NCBI GenBank assembly: GCA_964016885.1
Contig: OZ024765.1
Coordinates: 9,362,001 to 9,426,000 of the forward strand
Length of the DNA: 64,000 nt
Reading direction: 5' to 3'
DNA from: Eledone cirrhosa
Lineage: Eukaryota
A program made the translations under genes and the position numbers. Shown here in pieces: positions 1 through 12,275 of the stretch (positions within the stretch are counted from its first letter, which is position 1; each line of letters starts with the position of its first letter). The notes below the pieces were generated by a model. That model was given only the letters and a program-made list of their open reading frames with translations, was not told the origin of the DNA and made no database searches.

Positions 1-329
1 TATATAATGAGATGCAATGAAATGCAAGCAGGGCGTTACAATTGAAAAAGAAAACAAGCTCAGTTTGTTTGATTGAAGCTAAACGAAAGATCGTATTAAA
101 TAGAATAGGAAAATTCAACACATGCAGACGACAAGAAGTAAAATGGTTGAGCGCGAAGTAGAGAAGGGTAACGAGAAGAGTGTCGAGAAAAAGCGAGAGT
201 ACAGAAGAGAAGAGACGTGAGTACAGAAGAGAAAAGAAAAAACAGGATTGAGGGAGGGGTGGGGGAGAATGTCGGTGTGGGAAGTGAAAAGTGTTTGAAA
301 ATAATAGATTAGAAATGAAAATGAGAGAG

Positions 330-586
330 AAAGAGATGGGAGGGGAAGTGATTAGAGGAAAGAGTTTGTAGAAATAGACTGGGAGAGGGGGAGGGGCATG
401 GAGGAGAAAGAGGGGGCGGAGAGAGAGTGGAGAGAGAGGGGGAGTTTGCGGGGAGAGAAGAGCTAGAAATAGAGAGATATGGGGGGGGGGGGGGTGAAAG
501 AGGAAGATGATGAGGAGGGAGAGACAGAGGAAAAGTGTGAGGAGGAAGAGAGAGAAAGTGAAAGAGAAGGAAAAAACGTGACGAGG

Positions 587-632
<46 letters not shown>

Positions 633-832
633 GGGAGAGGGAGAGAGTTAGCGAGAGAGGAAGAAAATGAGTGAGAAGGAGATATATAGAGAGGAGAGAG
701 AGAGATAGTGAGGAGAATGAGAGAGAGAGAGAGAGAGAGAGTGAGGGAGATAGAGGAGAGAGTGAGAGAGATAGTGAGGAGGGAGAGAGTGTGAGAGAGA
801 TAGTGAGGAGAGAGAGAGAGAGAGAGAGAGAG

Positions 833-863
<31 letters not shown>

Positions 864-894
864 TGAGAGAGAGAGAGAGTGTGAGAGAGACAAT

Positions 895-930
<36 letters not shown>

Positions 931-937
931 CAATGAA

Positions 938-968
<31 letters not shown>

Positions 969-1030
969 CAATGAAAGAGTGAGAGAGACAGAGAGGGCGA
1001 GAGAAATATGGGGGGGGGGCGATAGAAGGG
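330..1030. repeat. (GA)n purine-rich low-complexity tract with a (TA)n insert
   Basis: Read directly from the sequence. Confidence 0.95.
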
Positions 1031-1171
1031 GGAAGATGAAATGAAAATAAACGAAGGGAAAAATAGAATATTAAGTGTGAACATGCATGCGATGAAATCT
1101 AAAATTTGGTTGATTTATGCAGAAGACACAGAGATAAAGGACGCAGACGACATGAAGATGGCGGTCTTTAC

Positions 1172-1184
1172 CTGACATCTTTGC
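1172..1184 (-). other. Candidate 13-nt micro-exon containing a start codon (GCAAAG ATG TCA G)
   Basis: Minus strand reads gttgttgacttgcag|GCAAAGATGTCAG|gtaaag. Good acceptor, CAG|GTAAAG donor and AAAGATG context, in a short unique island between microsatellites. Confidence 0.4.
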
Positions 1185-1299
1185 CTGCAAGTCAACAACA
1201 ATGTTATTTAATATGATAAATATACGTTAAACATGACAGATTTTTTCGTTCATGATATATCTTTAAGAGCAATGGCGGATAAGTGTCAACGTAGCAGAT

Positions 1300-1532
1300 G
1301 CAACAACATCAATAGCAACAACAGCAACGACAGAAATGAAAGCAACAATAACAGCAACGATAGGAACAATAGCAACGACAGCAACAACGACATGGAGCAA
1401 TAGCGACGACAATAGCAAAAACAGCAACGACAACAATAGTAACAACAACAACAACAACAACAACAACTGCAACCATTGCAACAGTAGTAACAACAACAGC
1501 AATAGTAACAAGAGCAACGACAGGAACAATAG

Positions 1533-1563
<31 letters not shown>

Positions 1564-2247
1564 AGTAACGACAGCAACAGCAACTGCAACAATAACAACA
1601 ACATCTGCAACAACAACAGTAACAACAACAACAACAACAACAACATCTGCAACAACAACAACAACAACAACAGTAACAACAACATCTGCAACAACAACAA
1701 CAACAACAGTAACAACAACAACTGCAGCAACAACAATAGTAACGACAGCAACAGCAACTGCAACAATAACAACAACATCTGCAACAACAACAGTAACAAC
1801 AACAACAACAACAACAACATCTGCAACAACAACAACAACAACAACAGTAACAACAACATCTGCAACAACAACAACAACATCTGCAACAACAACAACAACA
1901 ACAACAGTAACAACAACAACTGCAGCAACAACAACAACAACAACAACAACATCTGCAACAACAACTGCAACAATAGTAATAACAACAACAGTAACAACAA
2001 CAACTGCAACAATAGTAACAACAACAACAACAACAACTGCAACAATAGTAACAACAACAACAACAACTGCAACAATAGTAACAACAACAACAACAGTAAC
2101 AACAACATCTGCAACAACAACTGCAACAATAGTAGCAACAACAGTAACAACAACTGCAACAATAGTAACAACAACAACAGTAACAACAACATCTGCAACA
2201 ACAACAACAACTGCAACAATAGTAACAACAACAACAACAACAACAAA
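1300..2247. repeat. Cryptic (AAC)n trinucleotide array with ATCTGC/AGT interruptions
   Basis: Direct; gives the poly-N and poly-L pseudo-ORFs. Confidence 0.95.
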
Positions 2248-2621
2248 ACTACATTAACGATGCACGAGAGGATCTCCGTCGGTTACGACGACGAACGTTC
2301 TAGATGTTTTACCAACGGAACTGTCAGTTGCGGAAATTAAGGTGCAAGTAACTGGACATTACACAGACACGTGAACCCTTTGCGTAGTTCTCAGGGAGAT
2401 TCAGGGTGGTACAGTGTGTGACATGGCTGGTCCATTCAATTTTAGGGGAGATGTATAACACGACAGACCTTTTGATAGTCCATATTGATCAATGCAAGTG
2501 GTTGAGCATTCCACAGATATGCGTACTCTTAATTTAGTTCTCAGGGAGATTCAGCATGACAGTGTGTGACAAAACTGGCTCTTTCAACTACAGCTACAGT
2601 CTAGCTAGTATTATTGTATAA

Positions 2622-2905
2622 GGGTGGTGGATTGGCAGAATCGGTAGAGCGTCAGACACCATGCTTTGCAGCATAGAGTTATGGCCCTTTATGTTCTGAG
2701 TTCAAATCCCGCCGAGGTTAACTTTGCCATTGATCAAAGCGGGGTTGATAAAATAGAGTACCAGTAATTCGCTGGTGTAATTGCTGGCTTTGTGCCAAAA
2801 GTAGAATTGGCAGTATCGGTAGAGGGTCGGACGCAATGCTTTGTAGCATAGAGTTACGCCCCTTTACGTTCTAATTGCTATCCTTGTGCCAAAAGTAGAA
2901 ACATT
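2622..2905 (+). mobile_element. tRNA-derived SINE family A (one near-complete copy plus a partial copy)
   Basis: A-box-like TGGCAGAATCGG and B-box GAGTTCAAATCC, then the family core (diverged here); many copies elsewhere in the window. Confidence 0.85.
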
Positions 2906-2909
2906 ATTG

Positions 2910-3162
2910 AGTATGTGGCTGAGTATTCCACAACTATGCATACCCCTTAACCTAATTCCGGAAGACATTCAGCAGGACACGGTATATGTGACAAGGCTAA
3001 CCGTTTGAATTACTGGTACAACTTATTTTCTGATAGTTGAGTGAACTGGAGCAACGTGAAATAAAGTGTCTTGCTCAAGGACACAATGTGCCTTCAGGAA
3101 TTGAACTCACGACTTGACGATCGTGGGTCGAACACCCTAACCTCTAAGCCATGTGCCTTCAT
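2910..3162 (-). mobile_element. tRNA-derived SINE family B (older fragments also at ~2250-2600)
   Basis: Minus strand: TGGCTTAGAGGTTAGG A-box, GAGTTCAATTCC B-box, then TGTGTCCTTGAGCAAGACACTT core. Confidence 0.75.
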
Positions 3163-3214
3163 AGATGCACAATTTCACGAACACATAAATACATACATAC
3201 ATAATACATACATA

Positions 3215-3637
3215 GCAGATACTCCACCCTGATTACACCTTCAGCTTTATGAGACACTGTGGTATGTTAGTAACTGCCTCAATACAAATCTTGAGAAGCT
3301 GGGCTTCACAGGAACAGAAAGAACACAACTAGTTAGGAAATTACAAGTACAATCCATTAATGGAACAGTAAAAATATGTAAAACATTCCAAAAATGTTGC
3401 ATCTAATAACTACATATACACATGTACAGATACAAAGCATATACACATGCACACATACAACTCAAAACATACACATCCACACATACAATAACATCCATAT
3501 CTACACATGCAGACATACATACATATCTACCTAGTTGATGATGTGTAAATTCCAATGAGAGAGCCTTGTGTCTATGTTAGAAACTGACTTTCTCTCTATT
3601 GGGAAAAAATTGTGAAATTATAAAACCAGAAAAACAA
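3215..3637 (+). mobile_element. 5'-truncated 3' end of an R4/Dong-like non-LTR element, in tandem with the next copy
   Basis: Near-identical to 4425-4850; preceded by (TACA)n. Confidence 0.85.
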
Positions 3638-3639
3638 TC

Positions 3640-4855
3640 TACGGACCTCGAAGCGTAGGAGCCCATTTCTCGAGCAAGTCTATCTGCATGAAACAGATAA
3701 GATCATGAGAGTTGGGAGGGAACTCCTTGAGAGATATTCCCTGTGTGATAATCAAAAACTCACACCCAGGGATGTCGCTCAGCAGTATCGCAGTGAATCC
3801 ATGGATGAAAAACTGCATGCCTATCAGCAAAAAATCATGCATGGATGTGTTGCCAGGAAGCTCCAGAGTGAGAGTAATATAGATAAAGAAAGTAGTCTAT
3901 CTTGGACCAACAACCGCTATATTGGCTCCCACTTTGAAGGATACGCTTTTGCAATCCAGGAACAGGAAATTAGCACGAAATACCTGATTCACAAAATAGA
4001 TAGGGATGCAGGCAAAACACCTAGATGTGATAACAAGTGCAGACTCTGCGGAACTAACATCGAGGATATCACCCATGTCATCAGCAGCTGTCCAAAGATG
4101 TCATCGCGGTACTATCTACCTATGAGGCATGATTTAGTGGCCAAAACACTGGACAATGCAGTTCGTAAAAAAGATAGCCCCGATAATAAACACATTAAAA
4201 GCTACAACAATGTGGAAGACATCCATGTACATAATATGAAAGAGTACTGGTGGAATGTTCCAGTAAAAACCCCAATAAAATGCAAGCATAACAGACCAGA
4301 TATTATGATATGTGACAGGGAGAAGAAAACATGCACAGTAGTGGAAATTAGCTGTCTAACAGATGCCAATATAATATCAAAGATTAGTGAAAAGGAGAAT
4401 ATTTATGCAGAACTGATGAGAATCTGCAGATACTCCACCCTGATTACACCTTCAGATTTATGCCTGTGATTATTGGGGCACTGGGATATGTTAGTAACTG
4501 CCTCAATACAAATCTTGAGAAGCTGGGCTTCACAGGAACAGAAATAACACAACTAGTTAGGAAATTACAAGTACAATCCATTAATGGAACAGTAAAAATA
4601 TGTAAAACATTCCAAAAATTTTGCATCTAATAGCTGCATATACACATGTACAGATACAAAGCATATACACATGCACACATACAACTCAAAACATCCACAT
4701 CCACACATACAATAACATCCATATCTACACATGCATGCATACATATCTACCTAGTTGATGTTGTGTAAATTCCAATTAGAGAGTATTGTGTCTATGTTAG
4801 AAACCGACTCTCTCTCTATTGGTAAAACTTTGTGAAATTATAAAACCAGAAGAAC
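3640..4855 (+). mobile_element. 5'-truncated R4/Dong-like (REL-endonuclease) non-LTR retrotransposon with frameshifted ORF C-terminus
   Basis: ORF 3705-4469 has Zn-knuckle CRLC..EDITHVISSC, RHD, and RPDI..VVEISC..KENIY endonuclease motifs. After a frameshift near 4420 it continues as ...PVIIGALG...KTFQKFCI* (stop 4630). 3' UTR is followed by (TACA)n. Confidence 0.9.
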
Positions 4856-4878
4856 ATACATACATACATACATACATA

Positions 4879-5520
4879 CATGGTGGCTGCCAACTCGTTT
4901 TCGAGTACGGCCACTACTTTATATCCATGTAGGAGAACCCCTACCGATGCGCTGAACGAGTGTGACTTTTTAGTCCAGTCAGCGACTTGAAAACTCTGGT
5001 ACAAAGACTACACTTGACAATTATTGACACATAGTGACAATTATTGACACATAGTGCTGGCCCATGGTACCATGTGACGACAAGTGCAGAGAGATCTCCA
5101 GATATAAAGCAATGCCTGTGCCGTGAAGCTTCTATAGTGAGCAAAGGCACTGCACAAAGCCAGTCCCACTCTCTTAACCAAGATGATATTTACCAAAAAG
5201 AAGAACAAGTCAACATCATTGGATACCATCAGGGTTGCAGGTGTTATATCAGAGTTTTCCTTCTCCTAGAATTCTGCCTTGACAAAGGCTAAGGGGTCAT
5301 CTCTCCCGGTGATTTTGGATGGCCATTGACTCTTAAGAGCTCCTTTGCCCTTTGACAGGTTTTGTTTTTAGTCCTGCAGGATGTCCAAAGTCACCCTCCT
5401 CACCAAGAAACCTTGGTGGGGTTGCCAGTTTAGTCGCCAACGACCCGACCATGAGACAGGTTGTACTGGGATACATGTTACCAGTAGCACCAACTGGTGA
5501 CCTGACAACTGGTGACCATA
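4879..5520 (-). mobile_element. Internally deleted, non-autonomous RTE-like element, copy 1
   Basis: Minus-strand CSLCTRVFKSLTGLKSHTRSAH* C2H2-like terminus typical of RTE ORFs; (TGTA)n tail; near-identical copy at 59437-60045. Confidence 0.7.
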
Positions 5521-5558
5521 CATACATACATACATATATACATACACACATACATACA

Positions 5559-5592
<34 letters not shown>

Positions 5593-5869
5593 CACACATA
5601 CATACATACATGGTGGCTGCAACTCGCAGAGCGACCAGGTGTGTAATTTCAGGGAGATTTGGCTGCTATTTCTAGCAAACAGTATAACCAGACCAGGTAA
5701 AAGGCCCTTCCTTTCCAAATTCTCGTGTTGGTTGTCCTCCCAAGTGTCATTCAGTCTGGTAAGTCACTTCCTGGCCAGAGACCTCCTGGCCAGGGACCTC
5801 CTGGCCAGGGACTTCCCTACTAAAGTAAAGATGGTGTCGAGAGATAGAAAACTGAAGTGGTCAGAGAGA

Positions 5870-7412
5870 AGGTGGTAGTGGATGGAGAGAGGGGGGCGGG
5901 GGGGCATTGGTGTGGAGAGAGGGGGGAGAGGTAGTGGGAGGTATGGTGGTGAGTGGAGAGAGGGGCGGAAGGGAAGGCGAAGAAGAGATAGAGAGGGAGG
6001 ATGAAAATGATGGGGATGGTGATGGTGGTGGGGATGATAGTGAGGAGGAGGGGGGGGGGGGGGGTAAAGCGTAGGATGAGGATGGCGTTGGCGGAGAGGC
6101 AGGGCAAAAGGAGAGGGTGGGGGTGGAAAAAGAAGAGTTGGAGGAGGGGGAGGAGGGCTAAGATAAGGATGGTGGTGGTGGAGGAAGAGGGGGGGGGATT
6201 AGGAATATATAAGGGAGGGTGGTGGGGAGAGAGAAGAAAGAGAGGGGGTAGAGGAGAAGGAAGAGGGGGGAGACTAGAGGAGGGTGGAGTGTAAGAGGAG
6301 TAGGAGGAGTAGACTAGGAATATAAAGGGAGGGTGGGGTGTAAGAGGAGTAGGAGGAGTAGACTAGGAATACAAAGGGAGGGTGGGGGAGAGAAGCAGGA
6401 AGAAAACGTGGCAAAGTTAATATGGCTACCTTCATTGACTAATTAACAAATGCTCGTGGGTAGTGGTAGGGGGTGGGGCAGGTGGTGGGTAGGGAGGGTA
6501 TTTGGGAGAGGGGTGGGGCTGGGGGAGTGTAGGTGTAATGGGAGAGAGGGTGGGGTGGTGGGGCTAGAAATGGGGGGGTATTGGGGAGAGGGCGTGGGTG
6601 GGTGGGGGGGGGGGGGGTTGTAGTAGCATGGGTGGGGCTGGTGGTGTGGAGTTGGAGGGGGTGGATGATGAAAAATAGAAGAGCTTCTTGCTGGAAGGGG
6701 GGGGGAGTAGTTTGGTCGGTCGGTTCAGATGGCGGGGGTGGTGTGATAGTGGTGGTAGTGGGGGTAGTGATGGTGGTAGTGGGGGTAGTGATGGTGGTTG
6801 TGGTGATGGTGGTGGTGGTGGTGGTGGTCATAACGGTAGTGGCAGTAACGGTGGTGGTGGTGGTGGTGGTGATGGTTGGTGGTAGTGGTGGCGGTGGTGT
6901 CGTGGTGGTGGTGGTGGTGATGGTGTTGGTTGTGCCGTTGGCGGTAGTGGTAGTGATGGTGGTGGTGGCGGCGGCGGTAGTGGTAGTGATGGTGGTGATG
7001 GTGGTGGTGGCGGCGGCGGTAGTGGTAGTGATGGTGGCGGTGGTGGCGTGGTGGTGGTGGTGGTGGTTGTGCCGTTGGCGGTAGTGATGGTGGTGATGGT
7101 GGTGGTGGCGGCGGCGGTAGTGATGGTGGTGGTGGTGGTGGTGGTTGTGCCGTTGGCGGTAGTGATGGTGGTGATGGTGGCGATGGTGGTGATGGTGGTG
7201 ATGGTGTTCGTGGTGGTGGTTGTGGCGGTGGTGGCGTGATGGTGATGGTGATGGTGGCGATGGTGTCGTGATGGTGGTAGGTGGTGGTGTGGTGCACTGG
7301 ACAAGGCATTGTCCGGAGTGTCCTATTTCACACCGACGGTCCGTACGTACTTGTGTTGACTTGCAGATAACGATGGACGCTGGGGTGGGCAGAGGCGAAA
7401 ATGACTAAAGGA

Positions 7413-7458
<46 letters not shown>

Positions 7459-8070
7459 GGTGGTGTGGTGGTGGTGTGGTGGTGGTGTGGTGGTGGTGTG
7501 GTGGTGGTGGTGGTGATGTGGTGGTGGTAATAGTGGTAGTACTAGTAGAATTAGTAGTAATAATAGTAGTAGTACTAGTAGTAGTTGTAGTAGTAGTAGT
7601 GGTAGTAGTGGTGGTGGTGGTGGTAGGGGTGGTGGTGGTAGTGGTGTAGTGGTGGTGGTAGTAATAGTGGTAGTACTAGTAGAATTAGTGGTAATAATAG
7701 TAGTAGTACAAGTAGTAGTTGTAGTAGTAGTAGTAGTGGTAGTAGTGGTGGTGGTGGTGGTAGGGGTGGTAGTGGTGTAGTGGTGGTGGTAGTAATAGTG
7801 GTAGTACTAGTAGAATTAGTGGTAATAATAGTAGTAGTACAAGTAGTAGTTGTAGTAGTAGTAGTAGTGGTAGTAGTGGTGGTGGTGGTGGTAGGGGTGG
7901 TAGTGGTGTAGTGGTGGTGGTAGTAATAGTGGTAGTACTAGTAGAATTAGTAGTAATAATAGTACTAGTAGTACTAGTGGTAGTAGTGGTAGTAGCAGTA
8001 GTAGTAGTGGTAGTAACAGAAGTAGTAGTAGTAGTGATGGTAATAGTAGTGGTATTGGTAGTAATAGTAA
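5870..8070. repeat. G-rich low-complexity sequence and (GGT/GAT/AGT)n arrays around a small unique island at 7290-7410
   Basis: Direct. Confidence 0.9.
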
Positions 8071-8609
8071 TAGAAGAGAAGGGTTTTTACATGGTTATTC
8101 AACTTGCTAGAAACAACAGCCAGATCTCATTCACATCACACTACCCTCTTCATTAGCCATACAGGGTTCACACTAAGAAGACATTAAAGACAGTACAAGA
8201 CGATACAGTGTGTATCGTTTTGTGTAAAATATAATTTATAACAGATTAAGAAAATAAACATTTAATCCTTACCATTACTCTATATATACTAGGCAAAGTC
8301 AATCCCGCCGAGGTTGACTTTGCCTTTCATCCTTACGGGGTCGATAAAATAAAGTACCAGTAATGCACTGGGTAATTGCTGGCCTTGTGCCTAAAGTAGA
8401 AACAATTACTCTATATATACTATTGTATCTTTACGGTAAAAGCTTTATCTCACATAATATCGAATCAATGAGATTTTGATATTTATTTTGAGAGCAATAC
8501 CTTAAAATCAGTATGAGTGGCCAGTTATACCTGGTTTGAACAGAAAGAGGTGAGAGAATTCTGGCTGGATATGGCCGGTTTAAATGCTAAAGGGTTAAAA
8601 AAAAAAAAC

Positions 8610-9100
8610 ATAAGTTCCTCAAAGGTGAGGAGACTCCAAGGGTTACCCATGGAGAAAGCCCACAAAAAACCACGGTCATCCTGAGTGCTAGGACAAGCAC
8701 TCTCTCCCAGTTGTCCTCCAGCAATACTACAGGCGCTCTCTCTCAGGGTAGACCCATTCCCACGGGCCAGGCTTGCCTCTCTCACCCACCTTTCAACAAA
8801 CTGGCTGGAAGGCAACACTTCCCTCTCCACCCTGATTTTCCTTTTTAGGTGAAACCTGAAAAAGTTAATGAGGGCATCACCGAAGAGGAAAGTGTCTGTT
8901 TTCGACCCTTTCAGACGTGTCCACTATACAACCTCTTTCGCCATGGCCACCAGGCAGATAAAAACTGCCTGCCCTTCCTCGTTAAAGGAGGGCGGCGGTG
9001 CAATCTTCATGATGGACTCAGCTGAATAGCCGGATCCGCACTACACTCGACAGCAAATGTTCGACATAAACCCACAAGACAGCGACACCCTCTTGTATAA
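8610..9100 (-). mobile_element. Tx1/L1-like LINE ORF2 C-terminal fragment
   Basis: Minus translation ...FFRFHLKRKIRVEREVLPSSQFVERWV..., homologous to the 36740-36980 fragment; clade assignment from recalled motifs. Confidence 0.6.
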
Positions 9101-9104
9101 ATAC

Positions 9105-9500
9105 GCCAGTGCATTACTGGTACTTTATTTTATCGACCCCCGTAAGGATGAAAGGCAAAGTTAACCTCGGCGGGATTTCAACTCGGACCGTAAAGGGCCA
9201 TAACTCTATGCTGCAAAGCATGGTGTCTCACGCTCTACCGGTAATGGCTTCGGATTTAAGCTCAAGGCTAACAATTGTAAGAGAGGGGAAAGTTGATAAA
9301 ATCGACTCACAGTGTATTACTGGTACTTTATTTCATCGACCCCTTGAGTTAAAAGACAAAGCTAACCTCGGCAAGATTTGAAATTAGACAGCAAAGGGCC
9401 ATAACTCTAAGCTGCAAAAACATGGTGTCCGACACTCTACTGCTTCTGCCAGTCCCTCACCCTACTACCCTCATAAATAATGGTTTCTGATTTAGGCACA
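9105..9500 (-). mobile_element. Two diverged SINE family A copies (another partial + copy at 8293-8408)
   Basis: Reverse complement of the GCCTTTCATCC..GGGGTCGATAAAATAAAGTACCAG core and B-box. Confidence 0.8.
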
Positions 9501-9516
9501 AGGTCAGCAATTGATC

Positions 9517-9975
9517 GTGGTGTGGTGTGGTGTGGTGTGGTGTGGTGTGGTGTGATGCGGTGGGGTGGGGTGTAGTGCTGGTGTAGTGCTGGTGTAGTGT
9601 GGTGTGGTATGATACGGTGTGCTGTAGTGCAAATCTGGTTGGCTGGTGTGGTGTGGTGGGGCGGGGTGAGGTGGGGATGTGGTGTAGTGCTGGTGTGGTG
9701 TGGTATGATAGGATGTGGGGTAGTGCAAATCTCGCTGGCTAGTTGATATGGTATGGTGTGGTTTGGTGTGGTATGGTGTGGTATGGTGTGGTATGGTGTG
9801 GTGTGGTGTGGTATGGTGTGGTGTGGTATGGTGTGGTGTGGTGTGGTATGGTGTGGTGTGGTGTGCTATGGTGTGCTATGGTGTGGTGTGGTGTGGTATG
9901 GTGTGGTATGGTGTGGTATGGTGTTGTATGGTGTGGTGTGGTGTGCTATGGCGTGGCATGGTGTGGTGTGGTGTG
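9517..9975. repeat. (GTGTG/GTATG)n pentanucleotide satellite
   Basis: Direct. Confidence 0.95.
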
Positions 9976-10710
9976 CTGGTGGCTTGATTCATTACGATGA
10001 CTAAAGTGTTGGTGTGGTGTTGGTGTGGTGTTGGTGTGGTGGTGTGGTGGTATTGTATTAGTATAATGATCAGTGACATTGGTACTGGTATGGTACTGAT
10101 ATAGTCTGGAATGTATATATAGCTGGGTTTAGTATTATTCTTCACTCTAGTTCTGTTTGGTGGTGGGGGTTGGTTGGTGGGAAGGGAATTTCTACTAAAG
10201 GGAGAGAAATACCGTTTTACTTTTAGGTAATTTTAGATACTAATGTCAGGTATTGGTATCTTAGTATGTTTGGTTGGTAAGTCGGTATTGGTATTGGTAT
10301 CTGGACTTTAGTACAGATCTGGTGTCGCTACGGTGGTCAAACAGTAGTGTCCACTCATTGGTCAAACTGACCATTGCATGCCACCATTTTTACAATGTCC
10401 TTAGCATGTGTCTTAGTACTTTGGTGGGCGTGACGATGGCGGAACAACAACAACAACAAAGAAAGAAAGACGGAAAGAACGAACCAATGATAGTCGCAAT
10501 AGTATTTATGTGTGTGAATGTGTGTGTGGAGTGAGATCCCTGAATTAGTGTGTGTGTGGAGTGGGTTCCTTGAATGTGTGTGGGGTGAGGTGGGGGTGGG
10601 GGTCCTTGAATGTGTGTTTGTTTGTGTGTGTAGGAGGGTGTCAGAATGTACGAATGTGTGTGTTTGGGCAATGTCCGTGTGTGAGGAGAGGTAAGAGAGA
10701 GAGAGAGAGG

Positions 10711-10764
<54 letters not shown>

Positions 10765-12236
10765 TTGTGTGTTAGTTTGTTTATCCCCAGAAAGATGAAA
10801 GGCAAAGTTAAACCAGGCTGAGAAAAAATTACCCTGGATAATGGAGTCCTAGATATACTAACGGCACTGAAGGGGTGGCCACGGCTGGAATGAACAGTTA
10901 CTATGGATAATATAGAGCTAAACTAGAGATACCAGCAGTAATGACAGGATGGTCACGGATGGAATATCTTTAATCCCAGGTACGTCATGTTAGAGTTGAC
11001 CTGTCGTTAAACTACAACAACTAAAGAAACTATGCTATTTCCGCCAGGTGGCGTCTGTTGTTTTACTTCAAGGTATCTTTAGATACTGTAATGGTCAGGT
11101 GTAAATATAGCTGGCTGGTCAGCTGGCCTCGATGGTGTGGTGTTGGTGTGGTGGTGGTTTGATTTGTTATGATGTCAGTGGTACTGGTGTGGTGTAGTGT
11201 AGTGTGGTGTGGTGTGGTGTGGTGGTAGTTTGATTTGTTATGGTGTCAGTGGTTCTGGTGTGGTGTGGTGTAGTGTGGTGTAGTGTGTTGTGGTGTGGTG
11301 GTGGTTTGATTTGGTATGATGCCAGTGGTACTGGTGTGGTGGTGGTGTAGTGTGGTGTGGTGTGGTGTGGTTTAGTGAGCTGTGGTGTGCTGACTGACTG
11401 ATTTAGTAAAATGGCAGTGTGGTGTGGGGTGGTTGTAGGAGTTATTGGTGTAGTGTAAATCTAACTAGCTGGTCTGCTGGCTACTATGGTGTGCTGGTGG
11501 CTTGTTTCATTACAATGACTAAAGTGTTGGTGTGGTGTTGGTGTGGTGTTGGTGGTGGTGGTGTGGTGGTATTGTATTAGTATAATGATCAGTGACATTG
11601 GTACTGGTATGGTACTGATATAGTCTGGAATGTATATATAGCTGGGTTTAGTATTATTCTTCACTCTAGTTCTGTTTGGTGGTGGGGGTTGGTTGGTGGG
11701 AAGGGAATTTCTACTAAAGGGAGAGAAATACCGTTTTACTTTTAGGTAATTTTAGATACTAATGCCAGGTATTGGTATCTTAGTATGTTTGGTTGGTAAG
11801 TCAGTATTGGTATTGGTATCTGGACTTTAGTACAGATCTGGTGTCGCTACGGTGATCAAACAGTAGTGTCCACTCATTGGTCAAACTGACCATTGCATGC
11901 CACCATTTTTACAATGTCCTTAGCATGTGTCTTAGTACTTTGGTGGGCGTGACGATGGCGGAACAACAACAACAACAAAGAAAGAAAGACGGAAAGAACG
12001 AACCAATGATAGTCGCAATAGTATTTGTGTGTGTGAATGTGTGTGTGGAGTGAGATCCCTGAATTAGTGTGTGTGGAGTGGGTTCCTTGAATGTGTGTGG
12101 GGTGGGGTGGGGGTGGGGGTCCTTGAATGTGTGTTTGTTTGTGTGTGTAGGAGGGTGTCAGAATGTACGAATGTGTGTGTTTGGGCAATGTCCGTGTGTG
12201 AGGAGAGGTAAGAGAGAGAGAGAGAGGGTGTGTGTG

Positions 12237-12275
<39 letters not shown>

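Noticed and set aside
1263-2340. Poly-Asn and poly-Leu ORFs
   Set aside because: Translation of the (AAC)n microsatellite
10110-10130. TGGAATGTA, matching the miR-1 5' end
   Set aside because: The remainder does not match miR-1 and there is no precursor hairpin
10435-10534. [18 protein letters not shown].. as a multi-copy peptide gene
   Set aside because: Copies 4 and 6 have a 4-nt indel causing an early stop; the ORF runs into GT repeats
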